Below are positions 29,317 through 45,061 of a stretch of DNA of 64,000 nucleotides, piece by piece. The stretch is taken from NCBI RefSeq assembly GCF_009914755.1, contig NC_060944.1; one strand, given 5' to 3'. How positions within the stretch are numbered: position 1 is the stretch's first letter; each line of letters starts with the position of its first letter. A model generated the notes under the pieces. It made no database searches and was not told where the DNA came from. It saw nothing but the letters and a program-made list of their open reading frames with translations. Source of the DNA: the human T2T-CHM13v2.0 reference genome, Homo sapiens. The position numbers were made by a program, and so were the translations under genes.

Positions 29317-31761
29317 GTAAGACTTTGCTGCTGCGTGGGCTTCCCTTTCTCTGGGTGGACAGCAGGCCAGCTGCCTGTGTTGTAGTGTTGTCTGAGTTAA
29401 CCCAAAACCCACTGACCTGGCCATCTTGATGGTTCCCAGAAGCTCAGCAGTGAGAAGACTCGGTCTAAGCCAACCTGAGCCTTTCTACAGTGCCATATAG
29501 TGAGACTGACCAGCACATTTTCCAGAAGGTTATTTCGAATAGAGAAGGTTGACAGGAGAGATTTTTAAAAATTGAGATTTGACTTGCATATCACAAAATT
29601 TGTATTTTAATGGTATACAGTGTACCATTTTTTTTTTTTTTTTTTTTAGTATATTCACAAGGTATTGCAGCCTCTTCACTAATTCCAGAACATTTTCATT
29701 TCTCTAAAAAGAAACTTCATATTCAGTAGCGATTATGGAGTTTTCTGAAAAATCACTTAGTCTGATTTCATCATTAGTAATATTGGGAGGCTTATATATA
29801 AAAGATCATTTGACCTACATGTTAGGGATGAGTGTAGATTTGGGTAGAATTATGTTATCTCTTTTCTAGAAGGAGAGGAAAATGCGCAAAATCTAGAGGT
29901 TACTTCCTATACTGTTTTTACCTTTATAATTTTGTTTTCCTCAGCCTCAATTTCCTAAAATAAGCCCAGAGGTCCCCTCTAGTTTCGAAACAACTAGATG
30001 TTTATTGTTACATATTCTCACTTCACTGAATGACAGAAAGGATTTATTAGAAATGGTTGTAAGTGTTTGCATTATTGACTGGGACAAAACACTTTGAGAG
30101 TTTTGCTTCCTTGAATCTTTGAACTTTCAGTTTCATTTGTTAAAATTTTTGACAATTGTGCCTGGTACTCTGGGGTCCTTTAGACAAGGAGAAAAGCAGG
30201 TGCCCTCTTCAGGCATGTTTCATAATTGTTCTAGGAATGCAGAATAATACAATTCAGGAAGCATTAGAGCTGCAAGCTGCCCTAGGAATTTTGATTTCTG
30301 AGATAAAGTGACTGAGGAGGCACTGCTGGGCTAATCTCTGCCAAGAGACTGCCTTGGATTTTTATTAAACTGATATGAATAAATTTTTTGGACTTGGTGC
30401 ATAGTCATGAATTCATTTTCAGACTTTTTGGGTTAGAAGATTAGGAACACAGCCTTCTTTGAGGCAGTGGTCTCTATGTTCACTTTGCTGGACTCCTTGC
30501 TGGCTTGTGTATATGTCTTTGTAGAGAATCCAGATGCTTCACTGGAATACAGTTTTCAGGTAAATTGTTTTAGGACTTCTTCCTTCAGACCTAAGTAACC
30601 CTTCCCACAGTTTTTGTCTTCAGTGTGACAAACTTAGGATCTAGCATTTACTTAACTAGTTGGGTAAATGATAGGCTTTCTTTCCTTCTGGACCCTAGGG
30701 TCTGTGTCAGTATTCAGGCAGGAGGGGGAACAGCTGTAGAAGCTGGCATTTGGTTAGGGTGCTAAAATAAGTTCTTTAAACATTCAAATTCTATCACAAG
30801 CAAGGGGACCCAGTATGCTTTTTTTGGTCGGAGGTACTCTTGAAACCCTGTGAATATACTTTGCAGTGGGGTCGGGATTCTTAATCCTTGGATCCCTCCA
30901 CAGGGGGCAGCTGCATGTAAGGAGGCCATTTCTTGTACTAAGTTAAGGCAGTGAGGTTCTGAAGAGATGTGCCAGGCCAGGGAGCATCCCATGGCTGCAG
31001 TGATTGCTGGGCTCTATGGTGTTTTTTACTTGTTCCTTCTCTGTTTTGGTTCAAGATGTTTGTCTCAAAGGATTGTCTTTTTATATTTATATTTTGAAGG
31101 TAAGATCTTAACAAATAGTAGTGAGACACTCTTCTGTATATAAAGTAAACCTAAGTTAGGACGTTGAACAATGAATAGATTTGGCATAGGATACCTTCTG
31201 TTTATTCTGGTTTAACACGTGCCCTACTTTTGTTGTAATGTTGTCAGCTTGGTTATTTTTCCATGTAGCTAGATATACATGTACGTTATTGCCACATTTT
31301 TAGAACTTTAAGGTACTAAGTTGGGGAAATCAATGTTTATTCCTTTCCTTGTAAAAGCTGTACTTTAGCTTTTAGAGTACTGGAACAATCAGTTCAGATT
31401 GTGGGGTCAAATATATGGTAGGTTTCCATGTAAGGCAAGAAAACACCTTAGGTTTATTTCTGGAGTGGTTCGTGCCATGCTGGCAAAGATAGCTAAGAAA
31501 TAGTGAGAAAGAATTCTGACTTAGAATAAAGAGTCTTGATCCCAAATCCTGATATTGCCCATTCACCTGTACAATGAGGACAAATACTATCTACTTCACA
31601 GGATTGAAGTGAGAAAAAGTGCTCACAGAACATCTTCATGATATGTACGTGGTTATCCTTATTTCTGTTAGCTTCTTTTCAACGAAATGACATATTCCTT
31701 CTTTGTATTAATAGAATACAGATGTTCTAGCACTCTGACCAGCAATTTTTTTTCTCTTTAG

Positions 31762-31857
31762 TCCACCACAAATTAAAGATGAACCTGAAGATGATGGCTA
31801 TTTTGTTCCTCCTAAAGAGGATATAAAGCCATTAAAGAGACCTCGAGATGAGGATGA
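31762..31857 (+). CDS. TOP1: TOP1 exon 6 (96 nt): PPQIKDEPEDDGYFVPPKEDIKPLKRPRDED(D)
   Basis: ctctttag|TCCACCA ... GATGA|gtgagt; contains the IKDE SUMO consensus (K117). Confidence 0.97.
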
Positions 31858-32841
31858 GTGAGTATTTTCTTAAAACTTTGACTTTTGAAAACAAAAAGGA
31901 GGAGTTTAAAGAATAAATGTGATGTGTTTCTTTATAATACATATAGAAACTGCATTAATTGGCTTTTACTCATTTGGAATTTGTGATTAATGGACTGATT
32001 TCTCTGAACTATGAGAAGTAGAGTTTGCTAAACAAGTAGTATACCCAAGGCTTACATGAAGATTATATAAATTTTTATTACTGAAAAGGCAATAGATATT
32101 TATTGTAGAAATTTCAAATAATACAGAATTCATGAAGAATAAATTATTTAAGTTACTTAAAATTTCTTATTGCCTACCACAGATAACTTAAAGCAGTTTC
32201 TCTTAGACCTATTCCTGTCAGACATTCTAAGTGAAGTTTCAGTGTGTAAAAATAATAAAACTGCTCATAAAACGGTCGAGGCTTACATGTACCTCTTTCC
32301 CCAGATTCAATGAGATTAAATTATATTCATTATTTTCACTCTTATATAGCTTACTATGCTATTGTTATAGTAGAAATTGGATGGAAAGGGAGAAGGGAAA
32401 TACTTAGTGAACTCATTTGTATTCATTCAATATAGAATTTCTTTCCTCCACATTCCAGTGAGTTACTGCTATGTGGTAGCTAGTGTGCTGTGTGTTTGGT
32501 TCCCAAACTTTCATCTTTTATTTTTATTTATTTTATTTTATTTTTTTTCCCAGACTTTCATCTGATAATGATATTTATTTCTGCATATATCCCCCCACCC
32601 TATTTTGCTTCCAGGCCGGTGTAAGTGGTTTGTTTTGTTCTATATAGGGCTATAACTATTACTCTTTGGTCTGACCTTCATTATTTTCTCTATTTCTGTT
32701 AGTCTTGACCGTAGAATGCCCAGCCAAGAATAACAGTGATTACTCTTGCCATGGAGGCATCCAAGAGTTTGTAGGTCTCCTATGAGTGAGAACTCCTGAA
32801 TCATAATTATGTTAACTGTGTATTCATGTTCCCCTTTCTAG

Positions 32842-32917
32842 TGCTGATTATAAACCTAAGAAAATTAAAACAGAAGATACCAAGAAGGAGAAGAAAAGAA
32901 AACTAGAAGAAGAAGAG
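32842..32917 (+). CDS. TOP1: TOP1 exon 7 (76 nt): ADYKPKKIKTEDTKKEKKRKLEEEE
   Basis: ctttctag|TGCTGAT ... GAAGAG|gttagt; basic NLS-like segments. Confidence 0.97.
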
Positions 32918-33949
32918 GTTAGTAAAGAGACTTAGGTCCTTTGGGGCTTGAGTTTGGAAGTGGGAGTTTTCCAGTAAGCAACTTCTTAAGACAAATGAGT
33001 TTTAGATATTTATTGGCTTGTTATAACATTAGGGAAAACAAATTTAATAAGTGGTGGCTGTGGCACTGGTAGTTTTAAGATCTCTGTGAATCCCCACAGT
33101 GTCTTAAGTTAACCACAACCAGCAGTGATTCTGCTCTCAGCCTTCCTGGGTGTCTGTCTACCCACAGCTAGGCTGCCAACAGATGTTCTTCCAAAAACTA
33201 TGTCATCTTCATATATACAGAGGCAGTGTTAACAAGAAACCACATTTTGGCTTATAACCCTGAAGAAATTTCCCTAAGAATTTTTTGCTGATCATTCACT
33301 TTAGGTAACCATTCCTATCTAAAGTTCTTTAATGGGTACCCCTTTGACATATAATTGACACCCAAACTCTTTACTGCAGCTCCTCCCAATCTGGCCCCTG
33401 CATCTTGTGTCTCTCTTCATCTTGTGCCTCTTCTCTAGCTTACTTGTACCAGTCACACTAGCCTCCTTTGTTTCTTTTCCACACCAGATTCTTTCAAACT
33501 TCCGAGCTTTACGTAGCACCTGCTGTTCCTCTATCTGGAACACACATGCTCCCTTCTTTATCCTTTTGGCCTATAACCTTCCTCAAAAAACTCAGTTCCG
33601 TTTAAATGCTTTCCTAAATGTTCTTGTTGATGCTTGTGGTAGATTGAAAATAGAATCATATGCTTCCTCCTTTTGACACTTTTGAGTTCTTGTACCAAAA
33701 AATTGTTAGCAGGTAATTCAAGAAAAGATGTCAGAAATTCACAGGGGTCTTAATGATGCCCTCCCCTAAGACAAGAAGGGGTTGGGTGAGTTCTTAGCTC
33801 TTATGCTACATTTGAGGTTAGCCACTGTCATGGGCAAAATGGGATCACAAATGTAAAGTGGACAGTTTGAAGTACCAGCAGTAAAGAGAATGATAGTGAA
33901 GGGGCAGGGAGTCTTAAGAGGATAATCTATCATAATAGAATGATGTTAA

Positions 33950-34200
33950 TAATCACAATTAAATGTAATAGGTGCTTACCATGTGCCAGGCACTCTTCTA
34001 TATATGTATCATTTCATTTAATCCTTACAACCTGAATAGGTTGTTACATCCCTATTATCATCTCCATTTTGCAGATGCAGAAATAGAGTATAGAAATATT
34101 TAATCATTTGCCTGAGGTCACATAGCTACTAAGGTGGAAAAGCCAGCATTTGATCCCATGCAGTCTGACTTCAGTGCCAGCACACCAGCTACTATATTAT
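33950..34200 (-). mobile_element. MIR SINE
   Basis: GCTTACCATGTGCCAGGCACT...CATTTAATCCTTACAAC...CCATTTTGCAGATGCAGAAA...TTGCCTGAGGTCACATAGCT. Confidence 0.85.
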
Positions 34201-36139
34201 CCTACCTCCCCTGGGACTTTGCTGATGCTCTAATTCTGCAAGGAGGGAGAAGAAAGGTCTTTAATGAAATCATATGAAGACCATTAGTGAGTGAGTTGAG
34301 CCATAGAGAGATGATCAGGTCCTGAATTTAGAAGGTTGCCGTTTTTTTGACAACTAGTCTATTCTTGGCCGAAGTTCAAATTAATAAGCACTAATTCAAG
34401 GAATTGAGAGTGAAATGTTAAGTAGTGATTATGGTAGCCAATCACTCCACTTGCATATACCAAATCAGTACAGACTAGTCAGTAAAGGAATATAAAACTT
34501 GAGTTCTCCAAGTGTTTTTTTTTTTATGTTTATATTGCATTTATGCAAAAATAATACTCTGAGTTTGTTAAACCATTGGGAAAAAAGAACAGTTGACTTC
34601 ATTTGTTATTATTCTATTTAGCAGCCCTACCACATAGGGGGAAAAATGCTGGCTGAAAGACTGAATTAATACAATCTTACTGTGGCAGGGACCCCAGATG
34701 GCAGAATCTGTCATTAAACCTCACTCGCCAACTATAGTTTTTTTGTTTTTTGTTTTTTTCTCTTGTTTTTGAGAATTGTTCTGAGGTCTCTTAGTGACTG
34801 ACACCCCAATTTGAGGCTTGAAAACATACAATGTAGCCAGTAGTTTCCTGATGGGACCAGCTGGATGCCTGCTCAGAAGCTGTTTAGAGTATCTTCACTG
34901 AAAAACATTTCCCTTTCCTGTGGTGTGTTTCACCCTAAATAGTAAACATTATCTGAATTAATGTGATCCTGTAGTACCTTCTCCCAAACATACCCACATA
35001 TTTATATTCTCCGTGCCTGTTTTAAAATATGGATGGTACTGTAAGCTTTCCTCTTTTTTCTATTCCTATCTTGATTGCCATCCTATTATGAGGATCTAAA
35101 ATGTTTATTCCAGTTATTCCCATAAGTCACATTCTGTTATTTTTCTCATAAAGTTAGGCTCTTATCATAGTTAATAACAGCTATATGACCTTGATCAAGT
35201 GACAAAATATGTTTCAAAGTCCTTGATTGTAACTGGAAGTGGTTAAATGAACCCATCCATACACTTTCCAGCTGTGCCACTCTTTAATTGATTTTAAGAT
35301 GGTTCAAAACCACCTTTCATTGCTATATAAAACTTGTTGAATAAAGACTGAATAAGTAGTTAAATTATGTTGAATAGGCAGGACAAAGGAAAATATTCTT
35401 CAAAAGAGTTCAGATTCTGAGTGGGATCTTCACTTGTTGAATATTACATTTTTGTTTGGGTTTTGTGTGTATGTTTTGAGATTCATCTCCTGTATTGGTG
35501 AATTGTGCCTGTTTAGGTTTGATGCCCGTTTATTGTGTCACTGTGATCAGCTCATTTACATTCAGAGTTCAAAGAAGAGCCATAAAGAAATACCACCATA
35601 GGAATTGGTGTCATTTTAGAACCTATCAAATACTTGCTTACTGCATCATGACTTTGTGTATACAAGCAGCAGCGATAGTACTATACTCCACTAAATCAAC
35701 TGGGAATTTTCTTTCATCCTGAATACTAAATATCTAATGCAAAGCCCCGTCTAGCCGTTATTTGATTGTACTGGAAGAGGTTTAAAGATGAGTAGGATTA
35801 AACATAAGTGAGGAAAATACACTCGGATTACTCTCTAGAGCAGTACTTTTCCAAACTCCTTTGAGGTTAAAAAAAAAAAAGTTTCCCAGTCTCTTCCCCT
35901 GCAGAGTGTTTTTTAACTACTTTCTCAAGTAGTTGTTTGTCAGGAAATTTTAGGAAATACTGCTGTAGAACAGAGCACCAGTACATTGTTATTCATCTGT
36001 CAAATGAGAGGAGTACTAAGATCTTCTTTAGTTCTAATACTCTATGATTACAATTTTTCTTCCTCATGGCTCCCAAAAACTGCCTCCAGAAGTGTGATCA
36101 GTCTTTATTTAAGTGCTTTCTCACCATGTTTCTTTGTAG

Positions 36140-36246
36140 GATGGTAAATTGAAAAAACCCAAGAATAAAGATAAAGATAAAAAAGTTCCTGAGCCAGATA
36201 ACAAGAAAAAGAAGCCGAAGAAAGAAGAGGAACAGAAGTGGAAATG
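36140..36246 (+). CDS. TOP1: TOP1 exon 8 (107 nt): DGKLKKPKNKDKDKKVPEPDNKKKKPKKEEEQKWK(W)
   Basis: tttgtag|GATGGT ... AAATG|gtaaca. Confidence 0.97.
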
Positions 36247-36429
36247 GTAACATCTCAGCACTGGGTTAAAATGCCACCTTTTTTATTGCATATCCTTACG
36301 AAGCAAGAGTATTGAGTTATTAAAATTAATATCCTGATATTTGGGGGGAAATACTTTAAACAATTTCTCTAGAGTAACTTTCTGAAGTAAGTTTTCCAAC
36401 TTCTAGTGAAATCATTAACTGGTTCTAAA

Positions 36430-37090
36430 TCTATTGGATCTCAAACTGGTTTCCACCACTGTGAACAGAATGGACTGTAGAAGCAGACCTATGTATAGGT
36501 GGGAATTTAGCATACGAAGAGAGTACAGATGCATTTAAAACCATACGGAAAGGACAGATTATTATGTAAGTCGTGTTGGGAAAACTGCCTGTTCAACAAC
36601 AGAAGAAACCTCAACAAGAAAACGTGGGTGAATATTTTTATAATTGTGCAGTAGTGAAGATCCTTTGAAGCAAGACATAACCAGAGCCATAAGGAAAGGT
36701 GTTTTACATTTGATACATCAAAGTTCAATTTATGGCAGGTGGACACCTTCATGCCATTTAAAAAAAAAAAAAAACTCAAGGCAAAATATTTGCAATACAA
36801 AGGGCTGATATTCCTAATATGAAAAAAAGCTCTTTTAAAACAAATATGAAAGGAATGATCTAATCAGAATGTGAGGAACAGTCAGTTTAGTAAAATAGTT
36901 AATAAACATCTAAAAATGTGATCAACTTCATAAGTAATCAAAGATGCAAAAAAAATGATAAATCTTTTTGTTTAATGCCTCTCAGATTGGGAAAGATTAA
37001 TAAGTGAAAATATCTAGAGTTGCAAATGTAAGAAAACAGGCATTCGCCTTCCCTATAGGAGTGAAAATTCAGTCTTTATGAAGGACAGTT
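36430..37090 (+). mobile_element. Highly degraded L1M fragment
   Basis: GGACAGATTATT...GTGTTGGGAAAACTG, AAAATATTTGCAA, TCAGATTGGGAAAGATTAA resemble the L1 ORF2 3' region. Confidence 0.6.
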
Positions 37091-37647
37091 TAGTCATAGC
37101 TGGTTGCTCTTGAGAAGTGTATTTAGGTGGAGAACTTTTCTACTTTTGCTGTTTAGAATCTTGAAATAAACATGTTTTTAAAAAATACTTATTTCTGTTA
37201 ACATGTTCTATTTAACTACTATACCAGCAGTACATGATTTTGTGTTTATGATGAAAAAACTCAAATGATTGACAGATTTAATAGTTAGAATAAAAATCAA
37301 AGTCACCTTTACCTGTCTTCTCCCATTCTCATTTTCCTTTCCAGCTTTCCAGCTTTGAGGTAATCACTGTTCATAATTTGATGTATAGCCTTCCAAACCT
37401 GTTTATGTGCCTTTATGGCTTTTGTAATTTAGAACTTTGATGTCCACAGCACCTCTGAGGAAAGGGAGAAAGAGCACTGACCAGGAAGGTGGCAGAGGGA
37501 AGGAGAGCCACAGTGGCAGAAATGTGGCCACACGGTGACAGCTATGTGATTCGCATGTTGCTATGGCATCATGGGATTAAATGGGAAGTATAGAAAAGGA
37601 ATATCACAGAGCAGAGCAACCCTGCCTCTTTCTAGAGGTCAGAGTCA

Positions 37648-38083
<436 letters not shown>

Positions 38084-39893
38084 TTATTATTGGGAGTTAA
38101 GAGAATGGTAGGTTAGTAATTCATCAGTCAGGGTTCTGTGGTAGTTACTCAATAAATGCTTGTTAAATGAACAAATACATTTCCTTATCAGGAGCTCCCT
38201 GCTGTCTCCCCTTTACTTCGGAGCTTTGGCTCTTTTTGGGATCCAGGCAAGTGCGCTGGGTCCAGCCTTGTATGTGTAGAATTAGGTGCCCTTGAGGGGT
38301 TTAGGAGCCTAATTTTGCTTTTGTGGTTGAAATCCTTATCAGTGTTGCCACACATTCACTCTGACAGACCATGACTTTTGGTTTTTATTCTTATTTTGGG
38401 TTAAAGGGGAACTGGCTAGTCTTTAACTAAAAGTTGTTTTTTGAGGAATGAGCAGACTTTGCTACAGCTTCTAACGCATGCATTTCTCAGGTGTGATGGT
38501 TAAACCTTGCACATTCTTTTCAAGCACAGTGCTTGAATGGCACACCGAGTTTTTGGTGTTGAAAATATGAATGAAGAGCCTCTTAACTGATAGCTAGAGG
38601 CTGTGTATCATACTCTGAAGTCAGTTATCCAGTCCTCAGTGACTGCCACTGATGACCTAGTCGGGGAGTTAAATGGCAGATACCCTTATTTTTACTATTC
38701 CTTATGCTATCCTACTAAAAGAAGTACACACTTTACAAGCTTGACAAATTTGCAGATCTTTTTCTTCCCTCGTAAGTCCGCAGACCTGTTTGTCTTTACC
38801 AGAAAAAACCACTTACTCTGATCTTTATCTCCCTCCTTTGGTAATTGTTCAGTTGGAAAAGGTCCAGGTCCCTCAGGGTTTCTTTGCTATATCACGTTAT
38901 CTCCATAGAAACATTGTTATAAGTGGTGGCAGTGTGCTTGGGTTCATACATGAAATCCTGTTTATCCCAGATGTCCTGATTTTTAACTGTTGGCCATTGT
39001 AGCTGAACAGGGTTTCAGCACTGTTGGGTTAATTAAGTACACTTTTGTGTCAGGGCTGACCTGGGAATATAAGTTGCCAGTTAATTCTCAACAGATGATT
39101 CTTCATAAAGAATTACCTGGCGAGTTTATTGCAGGTGTTAGGTGTGACTTTAAATGGAGTTTTCAATCTCTTAGCAAAGGTAAAATGCTGTGATGAGTCA
39201 GGACTATAATGTTTTAAGGAATTAGTGTTGCAAGACCAAGACTCATAAATATATGGTCAATGATAGTGGTAAGAAATTTATGGAATATGGATTATTGACA
39301 TTTTGCTCAAACCAGAAAAACTTCCCTTAATTTCAAGGATTAGCATTCAGAAGCTACAGCATCTGACCTTTATTTCTAAATTTAAAAAAATTAAATATGA
39401 GTTTTATAGCATACTGTGAAGTGCTTGTTAACTGCAAGGGAACTTGATATCAAACAGCACATGGAGTTTACTTTCCTGTCTTTATATTTCTAGCACTTTT
39501 CCACCTTTCCCCCTTCAAGCAAATTTTATTATTAAATTGGTACTTGATTATTCAAGTCAAGCTGCCAAAGGGAAGCCATTTCGATGTCTAAGTACATGTT
39601 TTTGTTTGTTTATTTGTTTTTAAATTGCGGGGGGCGGATATATGCACTCATGGGGAGGCTAAAAGGACAGAACTGTTTGCTTTTATTTGTATAATAATAG
39701 CTGTCAGCCCAGTCACATGAGCTTACTGAAACAGATATTCTGTCTTTCTGTTTAAACTGAAGTTTAGTGTTGTGATTTGCTGAATCTCTTAATTTGCTTA
39801 AATGGTAAAGAAGTTGCTGTGGGTCTTCAGGATACACATGTTGAAATAGGAGTCGTAAAAACAGTTTGGAGTCTTGATTTAAAAACACTGTAG

Positions 39894-40197
39894 GGCCGGG
39901 CGTGGTGGCTCACGCCTGTAATCCCAGCACTTTGGAAGGCCGAAGCGGGCAGATCACGAGGTCAGTAGATCGAGACCATCCTGGCTAACATGGTGAAACC
40001 CTGTCTCTGCTAAAAATACAAAAACAAAATTAGCTGGGCGTGGTGGCGGGCACCTGTCGTCCCCAGGTACTCAGGAGGCTGAGGCGCGAGAATGGTGTGA
40101 ACCCTGGAGGTGGAGCTTGCAGTGAGCGGAGATCACGCGACTGCACTCCAGCCTGGGCGACAGAGCGAGACTCTGTCTCAAAAAATAAATAAATAAA
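39894..40197 (+). mobile_element. Alu (AluY-like)
   Basis: GATCACGAGGTC and ATCCTGGCTAAC diagnostics; TSD TAAAAACACTGTAG. Confidence 0.95.
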
Positions 40198-40650
40198 TAA
40201 AAACACTGTAGTCGATGAGAAGAATGGTGCCAAAGTCCCAGGATAAGGGAAAGGGTGGCGTTCGGAATCTCCTCACGGTTACTCTGTGACTGCTGCAGAC
40301 AGGCTCCTTGCAGATGCTCTCATACACCTACATATATATATATTTTCTCTATTTGGAGAGTAATAGACTGTAGGATTGGGTGGTTTCCTGCATTGAGATC
40401 CTTCTATTAATATATCAATGACTCTGCCAATTTCATACCTGAAAAAGTGGTAGGTTAGTTATAGAAGATCTTTAATATTCCTTTGAGGTCTAAGATTCTG
40501 TTAAATATTTTTGTTTAAATTGTGTAAAATACATATGACATAACATTTATCATCTTAACCATTTTTAAGTGTACAATTCGGTGGCATTAAGTACATTCAT
40601 ATTGTTGTGCACCATCACCATCTCCAGAACTCTACATCTTGCAAAACTGA

Positions 40651-40999
<349 letters not shown>

Positions 41000-41650
41000 T
41001 ATTCCCCCAGTTCTTGGTAAGCACCATTCTACTTTCTGTCTCTATGAATTTGACTACTTTAGGTACCTTGTATTAATAGTCATACAGTATTTGTCCTTTG
41101 TGACTGACTCATTTCACTTAACAGAATGTCAACGCTCGTCCATATTGTAGCATGTTTCAGAATTTTCTGACTTTTAAAGGCTAAATAATATTCCATTGTT
41201 TGTCCTGCATTTTGTTTATTCATTCATCTTTTGATGGACATGAGTTATTTCTGCCTTTGGCTGTTGCAGATAGTGCTGCTGTGAAACATTCGTGTACAAG
41301 TATTTGTTTGAATATTGAGTATATTCCTGGGAATGGAATTGCTGGGTCATGTGGCATTTCTGTGCTTAACTTTTTGAGGAACTGCCATACTATCTTTTCC
41401 ACATTGGCTGCACCTTTTTACGTTCCTACCAGGACCACACGAGGGTGCTAGCTTCCCTACACCTTCACCAACACTTGTTATTTTTTGTTTTATTGCCATC
41501 CTTATGAGTATGAATGGTATCTCATTGTGGTTTTGATTGGTATTTTCCTAATGATTATTGATGTTGCATATTTTTGCAGGTGCTTATTGGCCACTTGTAT
41601 ATCTTCTTTAGAAAAATGACCATTCAAGTTCTTTGCCCCACCCCCACGTG

Positions 41651-41952
<302 letters not shown>

Positions 41953-42173
41953 CCTATTTTTAATTTTATCTTTTTTTTCCCCTCCACCTTAAGACTGAGA
42001 CTTTGCCCATTTTTTTAATTGGGTTGTTTATTGAGATGTAGGAGCTGTTTATATATTTTGTATGTTAACCCTTTATCAGATACATGATTTACAAATATTT
42101 TCTCCTATTCTGTGAGTTGTCTTTCACTCTCTTGAAGTGTCCTTTGATGCACAGAAGTTTTTAAGTTCAGTGA

Positions 42174-42478
<305 letters not shown>

Positions 42479-43213
42479 TGCAATTCATTTATTCTTTTTG
42501 TTACCTGTGTTTTACGTGTCATATCCAATAAATCACTGTCAAATCCAATATTGTGAAGCTTTTCCCCTATGTTGTCTTCTAAGAGTTTTATATTTTTGCT
42601 CTTATATTTAGGTCTTTGATCCATTTTGAATTAATTTTTGTGTATAATGTAAAGACCCAGTTTGATTATTTTGCCAACACTATTGTTGAAAAAACTGTTC
42701 TTTCTCCATTGAATGGTCTTAAGCATCTTGTTGTAAATCATTTGACCATATATGTTGACTTTGGTTTTATAGTAATACCATTGTTACAATATGGTTTGAT
42801 ACATGTAATTTTTATTTGATGTTTCTGAACTTTGTTTAAAATATTGGACTTGTTCCATGGCTGAATGATTGATAATAAAATAATAAATAAAATATTGTAC
42901 TTGGAAAGTAAATATGAGGGTAGTAAGTTAGTTATCTATTCGAGTAAAAGAAACTTGAGGCATAGCCAGTTGCAATTTGTGAGCCTGAGTTGGATCCTGG
43001 TCTATAAAATAAATTTAGATAAAATAGGGAAGTTTTTAATATGGACTGGGAATTAGAATTATACTAGGAGATTATTTTGTTAGATGTGATAATAGTTTTG
43101 TGGTTATGTGGAAGAATATTATTTTTATAGAGATACTTGCTGAAATATTTAGTGGTGAAGTATCAAATCTGCAACCAACTTTGAAAATGGTTCGGCCAAA
43201 ATAGGAAATGTAG

Positions 43214-43520
<307 letters not shown>

Positions 43521-44146
43521 ATATGGTGTTTATTGTATTACTCATTTTTTTCTTATGTTCGACCATTTTAAAAATACATTTTCAAAAAGTTGTTCCCACT
43601 GAGCTTTAGATTCACTTATCAGTGTTTGCTAGATAGTTCCAGGTAATGCGTAAGTACCTTAAACTCAACATGCCCCAGTTAAGCTATCATTTCCTAGTCG
43701 TCTTCCTTTATGTCCTTTCTCATAGGGTTGTTTTCTCCTCTACCTTCCATCTGACGTCACCACTCTGAGGAGGCCTTTTCCTTACAAACAATGTAAACAA
43801 TCCCTCTGTCATGTATGCCATTGTGGTAAAACAACTGTTTACATTTTCAAGTCCCTCACTTGTTACTGAGCTCCTTCATTGTTGATCTCTTCTGTCCAGT
43901 ATTCTTAAACTGAGCTGTTGAAATGTATTTTCCTTTATTCACCACAGTATTTCATCTTACTTGTGAGCGTTGGCTTTTTCAAAATGAGAGACACTGGTTC
44001 TTTTGATCCAGGCCTTGAATGTGAGGCCCAGAAGTCATTCCAGAGCACTAATCAGTTGAGCGGATAATTATTTGGCATTTAATCAGTGATGATCCCCATG
44101 TTAGACAAGGCGATCACTAAATGAGGCTGTGCTTTGTCTTTTAAAG

Positions 44147-44262
44147 GTGGGAAGAAGAGCGCTATCCTGAAGGCATCAAGTGGAAATTCCTAGAACATAA
44201 AGGTCCAGTATTTGCCCCACCATATGAGCCTCTTCCAGAGAATGTCAAGTTTTATTATGATG
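44147..44262 (+). CDS. TOP1: TOP1 exon 9 (116 nt): WEEERYPEGIKWKFLEHKGPVFAPPYEPLPENVKFYYD(G), start of the core domain
   Basis: ttttaaag|GTGGGAA ... GATG|gtgagt; conserved type IB topoisomerase motif KWKFLEHKGP. Confidence 0.98.
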
Positions 44263-45061
44263 GTGAGTTGTTTCAAGGTTCTTGATTCTTGGCCAGGAAA
44301 AGAAATCTGCTTCTATTTAGGGATAGAAAACAAGGAAGGATCCTATGTAATAGATAATCCTTTTTATTTCATTTTGTTTTATTGCCATGCAATTTTGAGG
44401 AAGGGGCGTCAGGTGTTAACTCTTAAAGGCTCATTTGCTGCTGAAAAAGTGCCATGGAAAAGGGGCTATTCATGTCTTCCCTACATAGTCCAAAAAAGGT
44501 TTGTCAACATGGCTAACAGTGTGTGGTCCACAAGCTGAAGGTTTTGATCTGAACTTCATTTCTAGGGAGCAACTCTTCGCAAGAGTTATTAGAAAAGCCT
44601 CACTTGAATGGTAGTATTTTATGTTAGCAATATAACAATGCAATCGGACAAGCTGCTCATCACTAGAAACAGTATTAGTATATGGTCGAGGATTAATAGT
44701 CTGCCATCCATCTCTAGATAGGGCTGGTAGGCATCTGTCACCTATTCTGTGTAGCATAACACTATGCCTTTGATATATGTGCAATCAAGTCTGATGAGCT
44801 GCTTTAAAGAAATGCCCTGCCTGGGTCTCTTAGAACCCTCAGAATTGTCCCTTATCTGTCGTTGGTATTTGTATCCTTGGGTTTGAAGGATTTGAGGGTA
44901 GCCTTTGACATGCCTCCTGTTGGCAGTGTAGCAGTATGTAGATGGTAATAACTGATTTTCTTCATTCCATGAGTTTTATCCAGAAATGGTTAGAGCATTG
45001 TTCCTCATACCCTTATGTGCTTATGACTCACCAAAGTGGATCTGAGCCCATTTAACAGTTG

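Noticed and set aside
30895-30912. CCACAGGGGGCAGC, a second CTCF-like string
   Set aside because: Three mismatches in the 5' half of the core; too weak to call.
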